A DNA stretch of 63,846 bases, filler included, from Octopus bimaculoides (Eukaryota), in assembly GCF_001194135.2 (NCBI RefSeq). It is 6 parts of 6 records of this genome, joined end to end, with 100 filler letters (N's around TTAATTAATTAA, not from the genome) between each part and the next. Parts side by side here need not be neighbours in the genome. Positions count along the whole stretch, not along the records: positions 17,798 to 25,648 come from NC_068983.1; positions 25,749 to 53,665 come from NC_068994.1; 4 more parts are not named here. The stretch is one strand, 5' to 3'. How positions within the stretch are numbered: the first letter of the stretch is position 1; the number at the start of each line of letters is the position of its first letter. The translations under genes were made by a program, and so were the position numbers. Below are positions 23,416 to 35,917 of this stretch, piece after piece. The notes under the pieces are model-generated. The model was not told the DNA's origin. It saw only the letters and a list, made by a program, of their open reading frames with translations, and did not search any database.

Positions 23416-24177
23416 CGTATAGATGTAAGTATGTACATATACATATGTATATATATTATTTATATTATATATGTGTGTGTGTGTGTGTGTGTGTGCTCTT
23501 CTTACAGCATTACATATATTTATATATATATATATATATACTAGCAGTATAACCCGACGTTGTCCGGGTGTGACTTATTACGCCATCTACGATAAGTCTT
23601 GCTAGGTGAAAATCAACTAAAAAAGAAAGCTTTACAACAAAAAAACCCTTATGATGTAAATATGTTCATAATTCAAAAGACGATGAAATTAATAGGGAAA
23701 GTCNNNNNNNNNNNNNNNNNNNNNNNNNNNNNNNNNNNNNNNNNNNNNNNNNNNNNNNNNNNNNNNNNNNNNNNNNNNNNNNNNNNNNNNNNNNNNNNNN
23801 NNNNNNNNNNNNNNNNNGGCTATAGAAATGCTTGTGCAAAACAACTTTTTGCGTTGCCCTGATTATACATAGCAGGGCAATCCCTTTTTGCAGGAGCTAG
23901 GATGGCAATTTGTGATGAAGCAATTGCTGGCAATCTGTTGCTACACAGTTCTGCCAGAATTCTATCAGATTGTGCAGAAGATGTTGATGCACCATTTTGC
24001 ATTACGTTCAAAGTAGCTTCTGGAATGTGGTGAATTGCTGCAGTCTGTTGCTGTCATTTTAAACCAGTTGCTTTCTTTCCCCAGCAAGCTCTCTTCTTTG
24101 GAGGCATAATCTATGTACATATTAAACAGAACAACAAAAGTTATAATAGATGGCAGGGTCGGTAGTTTTCACATTCC

Positions 24178-24475
24178 GGTAATTTTTCAGATTAACACCC
24201 GCACGATTACCTAGCCCTAACCCTAACCTTAAACCCTAACCCTAACCTTAAACCCTAACCCTAAACCCTAAACCCTAATCCTAACCCTAAACCCTAACCT
24301 TAAAACCCTAATCCTGACCCTAAAACTGTAACCATAACACTAACCCTAATCCTAACCCTAACCCTGAACCCTAACCCTAACCCTAACCCTAACCCTAAAA
24401 CCCTAACCCTGACCCTAAAACCCTAACCCTAACACCCTAGTGAAAATCGTGCAAGTGTTAATCTGAAAAATTACC
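24178..24475. mobile_element. Merlin-like MITE filled with telomeric repeats
   Basis: 31-bp TIRs (29/31 identical) starting GGTAA; 8-bp TSD cacattcc/cacatttc; interior 24215-24440 is CCCTAA plus variants. Confidence 0.8.
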
Positions 24476-24572
24476 CACATTTCTAATGAAGTTCACTGAT
24501 TTTGCAAAGTGTTGTCCTATCGGTCAAACTAAAGCGTTTGACCTGGTGACAAAAATTTTTAAAAATTAGTCT

Positions 24573-24820
24573 AATAGATGTAAAACAACTTGCTGGGAAC
24601 AAATATGAAGAAAAAAATGCGCGCTCGCGAACGGTGGGTGGCTGGGGAGAGGGATCGGAACATTCACATCGTGAATGTTTCGAGACGCCTCACCGGAGCC
24701 AAGAAACAAAAGAAAAGTAGTGTAATAGATGTAAAACGACTTGCTCTGAACGAATAGGAAAAAAAAAAGTGCTCTCGCGAAAGGCGGGGTGGCGAGGGGA
24801 CTCGGAACATTCACATCGTC
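24573..24820. repeat. Diverged tandem repeat, about 150-bp unit, inside the Helitron
   Basis: aatagatgtaaaac(a/g)acttgct...ctcgcga...cggaacattcacatcgt occurs twice. Confidence 0.8.
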
Positions 24821-25532
24821 ATACATCGTCAGTCCATCTATTACACTATTTTTCTTTTGTTTCAGCGGGAGAGAAGAGTGAGAGAGGAAGAGAGAGAGAG
24901 AGGGAGAGAAAGGAATAGAAAACGGGAGCAATGAAGAGAGAGAAAGAGAGGAAGGGAGAACGGAAGACAGTTATAATATAACAATGCGTGTGCATGTTTA
25001 TATAAGTAACACACACAAACTAAATCATATCTGTAATGTTCATGTGTTTATGTGTATGTTGTTGTCACAGATCACGTATGTGTGGTTGTGTGTGTTTTTA
25101 CGTTTCTATGTTATGAAAAATATGTTAGAGGTAGAGGGATAGAAGAAAACTATTAAATGAGAGAGAGAAAGAAGTAAGAGTTAAAAGTTCTTAAACAAAG
25201 TTAATCTATGACTTTGTATGTATCACTTTCTCTCTCTCTCTCTCTTTTACTCTTACTCTCTATATTATATGTTGAGCACGTGATTGATGTGTAAGAACGC
25301 TGGTACAGGTAGAAGGAAAGAAATATAAAAGTTGCTAAAAACAACAGCCAAATCTCCCTTAAATCACACAAAGTAAACGGAATTTTAAAAATCTAATTAC
25401 TGCACTGGAAAGTTCACATCGAGAAAATTCCATTGATGTAAAAATTTTTACAAAAAAGTGGAAAATGTGGATTTCCAAACACTTTTAAAAAGGCTTCACA
25501 CAGACACACAACTTCAGCTTTATATATTATGA

Positions 25533-25648
25533 CTAGCAGTATAACCCAACCTTGTCTTGGTGTGACTTATTACGCCATCTACGATAAGTCTTGCTAGGTG
25601 AAAATCAACTAAAAAAGAAAGCTTTCCAATGAAAAAACCCTTATGATG
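25533..25648 (-). mobile_element. 3' end of a second Helitron unit, head-to-tail with the first
   Basis: 109/116 identical to 23541-23656; runs into an N gap. Confidence 0.8.
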
Positions 25649-26653
25649 NNNNNNNNNNNNNNNNNNNNNNNNNNNNNNNNNNNNNNNNNNNNTTAATTAA
25701 TTAANNNNNNNNNNNNNNNNNNNNNNNNNNNNNNNNNNNNNNNNNNNNATATATATATATAATTGTTGATTCGTTTACAAATTTTTCTTTTTTGTCATTA
25801 TATCATAGATAGAGGGAGACAGACAAGCATCAAATAAGAAGGACGATAGATTGAAATTGGAAGGGATGGCAGGGAAACATCACAGATTAATTGGAATCGA
25901 TAGATCCTCATAGGAGTCAATAAATAAATAAATAAATAAATGCACAATAAAATATACGAATAAGGGGACAGGAAAGACTATGAGGCCATTATTAGTTTCA
26001 GTTTAGTTATCTATGTTTCGTACATCACGTAGCTTCTTCTTTGATCGCCCATTAATGGACCGGGTGTCACTAGCTATTACCATCATTAATCTAATTAGTA
26101 GAGATGTCATGATTTAGATATTGTTGTTGTTTGTCTGTTTAAGTCCTTAGCTGCGAAATTCAATTCTATGGTTATTGCAGTGATAATTACTACTAAATAT
26201 TTATCACAAAATAGGATTGCTATTTTCTGCAGGTCATACAGTAATCTCTCGCCATATCGCCATATCGCGGTTCACCTATCGCGCCCTCAGTACATCGCGG
26301 ATTTTTCTGGCTAATAATATGTAAATTTATATCGCGGACTCCTCAGTATATTGCTGGCCAATATTTCTTCCATATTTCATTCTCTCTATCGAAGATTACA
26401 TATGAATGGAAATGTGGCTGAAAAAACTGGTTAGCCTAAAGCTTATCAGCATGTACGCCCACTTGCATTGTCGAAGATGTTATACAAGACATCTCCACTA
26501 TCTTTAATCTCTACGTGGAATGGATTAAGAAAGAAAACAAGACGATAAATACTTTAATTCGGACTCAGAATAGCATTTTAAAATAGGATTATATTTTAAA
26601 GAACAGGAACACATCTTACGATACCTTAAATATATTAGAGGAAATCTTGAATC

Positions 26654-26893
26654 TTAAAAATTCGAAATATCGGTCTTAAACCATTTAATCGTCATCCGGT
26701 CTGATTCTGGTTGGATTTCAACATCTATAATGAACAATCCATGTCTGATTCCGTCTGTGTTTATCGACTCTAGTTTCTTCTCGCCATAAAATAATGCACC
26801 ATCGAAATACCGTATCCTAGCAACACACACCGTTTTAACATTCATCTTAACAGGATGGATGTACCCGTTTATGGACGGAACTGTAATCCTTCT
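26654..26893 (-). CDS. Candidate terminal exon, unidentified product
   Basis: aattttcctcttag| acceptor, 79 codons RRITVPSINGYIHPVKMNVKTVCVARIRYFDG...KWFKTDISNF*, ATTAAA about 100 nt downstream. A stop-interrupted + strand reading competes with it. Confidence 0.3.
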   Translation of the reverse strand, partial: RRITVPSINGYIHPVKMNVKTVCVARIRYFDGALFYGEKKLESINTDGIRHGLFIIDVEIQPESDRMTIKWFKTDISNF

Positions 26894-27198
26894 CTAAGAG
26901 GAAAATTATAGCCTAGAAATCTCGCATAGTTGCAAATATAAGCTTTGAAAAATCAATATTCATCGAGTTAAAGATGACCTATATCGATTATATGGATGAA
27001 GCACTGATAGCATTTTCTATGGAATAATACACTGGACTAATCTTATGCTGCCTTTCTCCATACTAGCATGAGGCCTGAGAGGGTTTTGAAAAGATCTGGC
27101 AGCAACTTCTACCACGGCTGAGATATACGAAGTTAACATCATAGACTAACATCTATCCTTCAAATTATTCTCTACGTTCTTATAATTACATTTTTTTT

Positions 27199-27578
27199 GT
27201 TGGCACTCCGTCGCTTACGACGTCGAGGGTTCCAGTTGATCCGATAAACGGAACAGCCTGCTCGTGAAATTAACGTGCAAGTGGCTGAGCACTCCACAGA
27301 CACGTGTACCCTTAACGTAGTTCTCGGGGATATTCAGCGTGATACAGAGTGACAAGGCTGACCCTTTGAATTACAGGCACAACAGAAACAGGAAGTCAGA
27401 GTGAGAGAAAGTTGTGGTGAAAGAATACAGCATGGTTCGCCACCATCCCCTGCCAGAGCCTCGTGGAGCTTTAGGTGTTTTCGCTCAATAAACACTCACA
27501 AAGCCCGGTCTGGGAATCGAAACCGCGATCCTATGACCGCGAGTCCGCTGCCCTAACCACTGGGCCATTGCGCCTCCA
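27199..27578 (-). mobile_element. tRNA-derived SINE family C, full length
   Basis: Reverse complement of 52722-53112; A-box tggcccagtgg and B-box ggtttcgattcc. Confidence 0.9.
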
Positions 27579-27931
27579 CTGTAGGTAGTAATGACTCTCT
27601 TATATAAGAAGTGATGTGAGACCGGTGTGAGACTCTGTATTTTTATAATCATGTTCTTCAGAGTATTTCATAATGTATTTTGAAATGATTTGAATGTAAA
27701 AAATGCTTTCGGAATACGCAATCTTGGAATTATTTGAGTGTAGTAATGCATCTTGGATATGATATGATATTTTGGATTAAGTAATAATGTACTTTGAAAT
27801 AATTTGATTCTGATAATCTATTTTTCAGTGCATATTACTGTATTTTGAAATTATTTTCCTGTAGTAATATACGTTGGAATTTATTAACTGCAATATATAG
27901 TGCATTCTATGTATGTATGTAAGTATGTGAA

Positions 27932-27969
<38 letters not shown>

Positions 27970-29236
27970 TTATACTTTTGTTTCGAGTTCTGTTTATTTA
28001 GTTCCAAGCTTGTACTAAGAAAGGAGTGGCTGTGTGTTAAGTAGCTTGCTTACCAACCACATGGTTGCGGGTTCATTCCCACTGTGTGGCACCTTTGGCA
28101 AGTGTCTTCTACTATAGCCTCGGGCCGACCAAAGCCTTAGGAGTGGATTTGGTAGACGGAAACTGAAAGAAGCCCGTCGTATATATATATATATACACAT
28201 GTATGTGCGCCGGAGTGCCAGCAACAACTACCTACACATGTAATGGTTAGTTTCTAGTCTTCATTCAATATGTAGTGTGTGAATATCCTGTACAATCTAT
28301 AAGGCAGCGAGCGGGCCGAATTGTTAGCATACCGGGCAGAATGCTTAGCGGCCTTTCGTCTGTCTTTACGTTCTGAGTTCAAATTCAGCTGAGGACGACT
28401 TTGCCTTTTAATCCTTTTGGGGTTGATGAAACAAGTACCAGTTGATCACTGGGGTCGATGTAATCGACTTAATACTTCCTCCTAAATTGCTGACCGTGTG
28501 CCAAAATTTCGAAGCCAATATCCTGTACAATCTAGGTAAAAGTATATGCACCATTGTATCAAATCACCTGAGAGGAAAGACTAAAAGAACGAAAAGATAT
28601 TCAGATTGGATGACGTTATCCAGCAAAAAATTAAATGAAAAGTTTCCTTATGTCCGGCATTTTAAGGCTGTAAATGTTTTTTTATCTCTGAATAAATGAA
28701 ACCCCCAGAAGCTAATATCTTATCTATGGCCGTTGTGATATTTCCCTTCTGAGGGAAGGGAAACAGCACACATTAATTGGAATCGATATATCCTCATAGT
28801 AGTCAATCAATAAGTAAATAAATATATAAATCCACAATGAAATATAAGAATAAGTGAACGGTGAAGATTACGAGGTTGTTATTAGTTTCATTTTAGCAAT
28901 CTGTGTTTCGTATATCACTCAGCTTCTTCTTTGATCCCAATTAAAGGACCTGGTATCACTAACTATAACCATTGCTAGTTAAGATAGGTTGTGATTTAGA
29001 TATTGTTGTTGTTTTTGTTGCTGTTGTTGTTGCTGTTGTTGTTTTTGTTGTTTAACTCTTCAACTTCGAAATTCAATTCCATGGTTATGATATTAAATAT
29101 CGACCAAAAAAATAAATAAAAATAGAATTACTATTTTCTACAAGTCATATCTCTGCTATAAGCTTGGCATATCTGAGCAAAAATAATTTCAAACATGACG
29201 TTCTTCAACATAAGATAGATTGGCACATATACATAA

Positions 29237-29268
<32 letters not shown>

Positions 29269-29274
29269 ACATAA

Positions 29275-29523
29275 TATATAGTTATATGCATATATCCATA
29301 CATATATGTACATACCGACATCTATATGTATACATACAAGCATATATGGGTACAGGACATCACAAAAAACGTTAAACACAATGAGAAACGAAAACATAAA
29401 GACGAGGACAGAAAACGAACTTTTAACGTTTTTTGTGATGTCCTGTACCCATTTATGCTTGTATGTATACATATAGATATCGGTAAGTACATATATGTAT
29501 GGATATATGCATATAATTATATA
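29275..29523. repeat. Near-perfect foldback, about 102-bp arms and 45-nt loop
   Basis: 29275-29376 vs 29422-29523 with four mismatches counted. Confidence 0.92.
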
Positions 29524-30204
29524 TTATTTATNNNNNNNNNNNNNNNNNNNNNNNNNNNNNNNNNNNNNNNNNNNNNNNNNNNNNNNNNNNNNNNNNNNNN
29601 NNNNNNNNNNNNNNNNNNNNNNNNNNNNNNNNNNNNNNNNNNNNNNNNNNNNNNNNNNNNNNNNNNNNNNNNNNNNNNNNNNNNNNNNNNNATATATACA
29701 TATATAGGTATCTAGTTCACATGAATCACCAGTTCTTAGAAGGAAAAGCGAGGCAAAAAAATGCTTTCTTTTTTTATTGAGGAAACTAAGTAAACTTGTT
29801 GTTACCGCTTTTATTTTGAACCCACAACCACCCTTTCCAAAATAACAAAAACTTGTTTTGACCCTTCACTACATACTCTTACTTATCATGAAGCTTAATG
29901 GTTTAAGTCATAAAAATGTGCGCAATGCTTCCTTCTTTAAAATAGGCGAAGGTTTTCAAAATATCAGAAATAAGGTTTCCAAAAGATCAAAAATAAGGTT
30001 GTTTCTGTTGCCTTGTATTATCATGCCTTTCACATTTTTATTCACTTTGCCTTTCCTCCCACCCACCATCCTCCCCGATATAAAAATCACTTCAAATCTG
30101 GTCTGTCTCTAAAATAAGTTGTCTTATTCCTCATCTAAATAAAGCAAAAAGTGAGGCTTTTGTAAAAAGAATTCCGTTGTTTGTTCTGTGTTCAGCGAGA
30201 TCTG

Positions 30205-30800
30205 TAACGATGATTTGCGAATTTATTTTTAATATGTTCCAGCAGATTCAAACACAAATATGTTAATCGCTGTTGTGCATGTCATGATGTTGAAACATCG
30301 ATGTCCCAGAAACTACTGTGCCAATACGCCGAGTGTGATAGGAACGCACTGTTGTCGTAATAGGGAGACGTTGTTCTCCTGTGATGTACAGAACAGCGAC
30401 TAGCAAATTTACGTTTGAATCTGCCGAAACGTATTAAAGTATTAATATGCAGGTGATCGCTTTAGAACTTGCTGTACACAGGGCAAATAACGATATTTTA
30501 TCGGTTGGCAGATACAAATAAACACTGATCAGCAAACAGTTTTGTTCGCTGAAATTATAAACAAAACCAGCGAATTGTTTAGTCACTAACATCAATATCT
30601 GGGTTCTTCTGGCTGACGAAGCACAGAATATCAAAATACTATGTCTCAGAATCCCAGGCGCCAGTGAGCCGAATATGTTATGAAAATACTGTCGTGGTAA
30701 AGGAGAAATGTTGCTCTCCTGTCACGTACACAACATCGACTAGCATATTTGCGTTTGAAACTGCCGGAACATATTGAAAAAAATATGCAAACCATCGTAA
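30205..30800. repeat. Degenerate foldback/MITE-like unit with long TIRs and an internal direct repeat
   Basis: 30225-30295 is an inverted copy of 30710-30785; 30301-30438 and 30641-30779 are diverged direct copies 340 bp apart. Confidence 0.65.
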
Positions 30801-32492
30801 AATATTTTAGATTATTATAAACTAATAGAAAATGCAAAGATGAATAAATAAATGGATGAAAATGCAAAAATTTCTAACTCCCACCTTCATTTTAATTCCT
30901 TTGCTGTACTGCCCCTTCGGCTTTGCTCCATTCACATTTGGTTTGTCGCCCTAAACTATTTACCATATCATTAATGATGTCCTTCAATCTGAAAACGGAA
31001 CCCTAAAATTCATTTCAGTAATACTCAAACCTTCCAGCTTGATATCAACACGTTATCAAAGCCTGCTAAACGTGTAATTCTAGCTTATTGGTTCCAGTAG
31101 GCCACGAACAAACTCCTCACTTCTTGAAAGACAAGCGATAAAATAAAATCTCAGATAAAAAAGAACACGCAGTGAAAAAAGATATTGTAAATGCAGAAAG
31201 AAAAGTCTTTTGCGTTTCTTTTCAGTTTTTCTTCATTAGTTTATATTTTTTTTATCTGTATTAAAACGCTCTTATCTTCCTTGAGATATTTTAGTAACAC
31301 TGCAGTGGATGTTTTATAATAACTTTCTAATTGTAGCAGCTTCCATACTATGTTGTAATTGTGATAAATATAACCTTTTAATGCCTCCTATAGTTAGTCT
31401 TAAATACCAGCATTTTTTTCCTTAATTTTTCCTTTTTTAAACAACAAATATATTTATATTTGCTGTCTATTCTTTTATTTGCTGATTTAACTTCCAGTTG
31501 GTTGGACTATAACTATATCTTATTACTAGAGAACAGCTTAATGATCGCTGTCCACATTGTCTTGACTATTATATGTTAGATATGTTACGCAATAAATGTC
31601 CGTTGAATTTAACTGCGCAGTCTTAATTAAGACGGAACTACACAATAATGACATATTCGCGACTTCATGCATTGAAAGCTTTCCAACGTTCAAAATAACC
31701 ACGTAAACAAAGACAATGCCGAGTGAATCGATCGCATTATATCACTGGTACAAAGGCAGCGAACTGGCTGAATCGTTAGCACACAGGAATTTCGTCTGCT
31801 GTTACGTTCTGAGTTCAAATTCCTCCGAAGTCGACTTTGCTTTTCATCCTTTCGGAGTCGATAAATTAAGTACCAGTTGAGCACTAGGGTCGATGTAATC
31901 GATTTGCCCCCTCCCCCAAAATTTCTAGCTTGTGCCTATAGTAGAAAGGATACATACATACCAAAGTAAATTCCCAAAAATGGTTAATAAGGGTATATCA
32001 AACTATCGGGTACCGTGCTCGCTCTTATCGGTTAACAATGCTGGCTAACCTCAGNNNNNNNNNNNNNNNNNNNNNNNNNNNNNNNNNNNNNNNNNNNNNN
32101 NNNNNNNNNNNNNNNNNNNNNNNNNNNNNNNNNNNNNNNNNNNNNNNNNNNNNNNNNNNNNNNNNNNNNNNNNNNNNNNNNNNNNNNNNNNNNNNNNNNN
32201 NNNNNNNNNNNNNNNNNNNNNNNNNNNNNNNNNNNNNNNNNNNNNNNNNNNNNNNNNNNNNNNNNNNNNNNNNNNNNNNNNNNNNNNNNNNNNNNNNNNN
32301 NNNNNNNNNNNNNNNNNNNNNNNNNNNNNNNNNNNNNNNNNNNNNNNNNNNNNNNNNNNNNNNNNNNNNNNNNNNNNNNNNNNNNNNNNNNNNNNNNNNN
32401 NNNNNNNNNNNNNNNNNNNNNNNNNNNNNNNNNNNNNNNNNNNNNNNNNNNNNNNNNNNNNNNNNNNNNNNNNNNNNNNNNNNNNNNNNNNN

Positions 32493-32559
<67 letters not shown>

Positions 32560-32734
32560 ATCTCTCTATCTATCTATCTATCTATCTCTATCTATCTGTC
32601 GATCTATCTGTCTATTTATCAATCTATCCGTCTATCTATCTATATCTATCTGTATGTATGTATGTATGTATAATTAAGTATGTATTTATGCTGTTTAATA
32701 TATTTTGAATATCACACAAAATTATAAGTCGAAA

Positions 32735-32813
<79 letters not shown>

Positions 32814-33980
32814 TATACATCCTACATATATAGACTAATGTACAAACACATACGCACATGTGTGTGCGTGTGTGTGTGTGGAATATTATACATTTCACAT
32901 AACTTTTCTGTGTGAAATTTAATATAAATTAAACAATATTTTTACTTTCATTAATAATATATATAATTATATACGTAACAAATATACTTATGTGTGTATG
33001 TATAGATGTGTTTGTATGTCCGTTTAAATATTCTATAATAATATTGCTACAGATATATTGCGACAGATATGTTCAGGTGCACAATACAAAAACATTAGAG
33101 CCAAACATCTTTATTTTCAGAAGGTCGATTAGCTTACAAACTACATTTGAATCTTCAGAGATCAGCATAATTCAACGAAGTTATCTATTTGTGTCGTATC
33201 GTCGAGACAAAATACTTCCAACTAAAATATCAATAAGAAGATCGCTGAATGATCAAAGCTTTATAAAAACGGCAACAATAGATGTAATATAAGCACAACT
33301 GAGAAACACTGGTTCTTACCAATTCACTACAAGTAAAAAGTTTCTTGAAATGCTAAATCTGAAATTTTCGAAATATAAAGACGTACAGAAAACTTCATTT
33401 TCTAGAGTTGTAATTATGCAGTACATGTATGCAGTTGAGTGTGTATTCATACATTCTTACTTATATATATATATATNNNNNNNNNNNNNNNNNNNNNNNN
33501 NNNNNNNNNNNNNNNNNNNNNNNNNNNNNNNNNNNNNNNNNNNNNNNNNNNNNNNNNNNNNNNNNNNNNNNNNNNNNNNNNNNNNNNNNNNNNNNNNNNN
33601 NNNNNNNNNNNNNNNNNNNNNNNNNNNNNNNNNNNNNNNNNNNNNNNNNNNNNNNNNNNNNNNNNNNNNNNNNNNNNNNNNNNNNNNNNNNNNNNNNNNN
33701 NNNNNNNNNNNNNNNNNNNNNNNNNNNNNNNNNNNNNNNNNNNNNNNNNNNNNNNNNNNNNNNNNNNNNNNNNNNNNNNNNNNNNNNNNNNNNNNNNNNN
33801 NNNNNNNNNNNNNNNNNNNNNNNNNNNNNNNNNNNNNNNNNNNNNNNNNNNNNNNNNNNNNNNNNNNNNNNNNNNNNNNNNNNNNNNNNNNNNNNNNNNN
33901 NNNNNNNNNNNNNNNNNNNNNNNNNNNNNNNNNNNNNNNNNNNNNNNNNNNNNNNNNNNNNNNNNNNNNNNNNNNNNNNN

Positions 33981-34015
<35 letters not shown>

Positions 34016-35215
34016 CTTTTATCCTTTTACTGAATTTTTAGTCGAATGAATCGACCCCAGTACTTTTTTAAGCTTCGTACTTATTCTATCGGTATTTTTT
34101 GCCGAACCTCTAAGTTACAAGGACGCGAACACACCAACACCGGTTATCAAGTGGTGGGGGACACAGACACGAAGACACACACAAATATATATATATATAT
34201 TTATATATTATATATTATAAACATACATACATACATATACATATAAAGAATGATTATTTAATATAAATTATAAAAAAAAATAGCACTTACTTTAATGAGA
34301 ATATGATATTCCATTGTAAGAAGACGTCATAGCGCACTTGCACGTTATCTTCCTTGGTACCTTTATCTCAAGGTCTACATTGATGAAATATTCCAAACGA
34401 GAGAAAAAAAAATAATGTTAGTTACTCAAGCTATCATAATTATACAAGATGTATTTTTCATAATAATCAAATACTTTTTGAAAATATTACCTACGTAAAT
34501 ATATTTCTGCAAAAATAAAATAGCATCTACATCTTAATATCCTACAAAATATTTTTAAAAACCAAACGAAGAACATTATTACATTAATTACTCCGGTATA
34601 TTATAATTACGTAATGTAAGTTGTGTTATTACCAAATATTACTGGAATTAATAACTAAATGAATAAATATAACTGTATAATTACATTCGCTGACACCGTC
34701 TTGTCTTTAATATAAATTGTTTTTATAAGCATTGTCGATACGACATACCATGAAGTAGTCTATTAAGAAATCATATTATATTGTAGTTATTTAAGTGGGT
34801 TTTTAGTTTTGTTTTTTGTTTTTTTTTTATATGGCATTCAGTCAAATTATTAAACTTTTATATTCTCAAGTAATAGTTATTATCGGAGTCACAATGAATA
34901 TTATAAATGCACACAAATAAATATAAGAATATATATATATATATATATATATATANNNNNNNNNNNNNNNNNNNNNNNNNNNNNNNNNNNNNNNNNNNNN
35001 NNNNNNNNNNNNNNNNNNNNNNNNNNNNNNNNNNNNNNNNNNNNNNNNNNNNNNNNNNNNNNNNNNNNNNNNNNNNNNNNNNNNNNNNNNNNNNNNNNTA
35101 TATATATGTAGTATAATTATAAATAGGGCAAATTTTAGCCATTTCTCCGCAGACTGAAAATTAAAGAAATGACGAACAATGTTGCGGCCTTATCTGCCTC
35201 ATGGTTCGAAGAGAA

Positions 35216-35273
<58 letters not shown>

Positions 35274-35917
35274 GTCTGTCTGTCTGTTTGTGTGTCTATC
35301 AAATTAACTACTCTATAAGAGCGAGTATGGACAGAAGTTGCAAGGCAAAAGAGACGGCAGGGGAGCAATGCACCAGGATGAAGAGGAACCCTGACTGAGA
35401 TCCATTAAAGGAAAGAAAAATTAGGGATTCGTGGAGCGAGGATAGAAGGGGTGGGGGAACGATGAAAGGATGGACGCTGAGGGAACGGAAAACGAAGTAT
35501 CATTATCTGTCAATTAGTTTTTAGAGGTGTAATAAAATGTAGCCATTAGCTAAAATCCTAATTAAAATAATTAAACAAAGTGAATCAATACAGTTGTTAT
35601 ATATTATTGTAAATTAAACGGTTGATTCAATCACAGAACAGGTATTCAAGCAAAGACGATTAAATTTCCTTTGTAATATATATGACGCATTTTGTAGAAA
35701 AGTGGTTTGTTCTTACTTTTAACTAAGATCATAAACAAGATGTGTGTGTATGTGCATGTGTATGTGTGTATGTGCATATGTGTGGGTCTATCTGTGTGTT
35801 TATATAGTTGCAAGTTCCGGGTTCTATCCCACTGCGTGACACCTTGCGCAGGTGTCTTCTACTATAGTCTCCTTATATTGAAGTCCACTATTTCCCTCTA
35901 GTTTACTCTCTCATATT

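Larger units (their letters stand above)
23541..25532 (-). mobile_element. Non-autonomous Helitron, about 2 kb, with both termini
   Basis: 3' CTAG at 23541-23544 followed by T, hairpin cccgacgttgtccggg at 23553-23568, 5' TC at 25532-25531; decayed same-strand ORF start MPPKKR near 24110. Confidence 0.8.

Noticed and set aside
24215-24440. True telomere or chromosome fusion site
   Set aside because: Short, single orientation, bounded by TIRs and a TSD inside a Helitron.
26015-26045. aaagaagaagc...cgaaaca motif (also near 28905) as a hammerhead
   Set aside because: Lacks CUGA in both copies and has no stem II.
27500-27578. tRNA gene (also heads at 48866, 52722 and 56281)
   Set aside because: A and B boxes are present but there is no full cloverleaf, and each continues into a SINE body.
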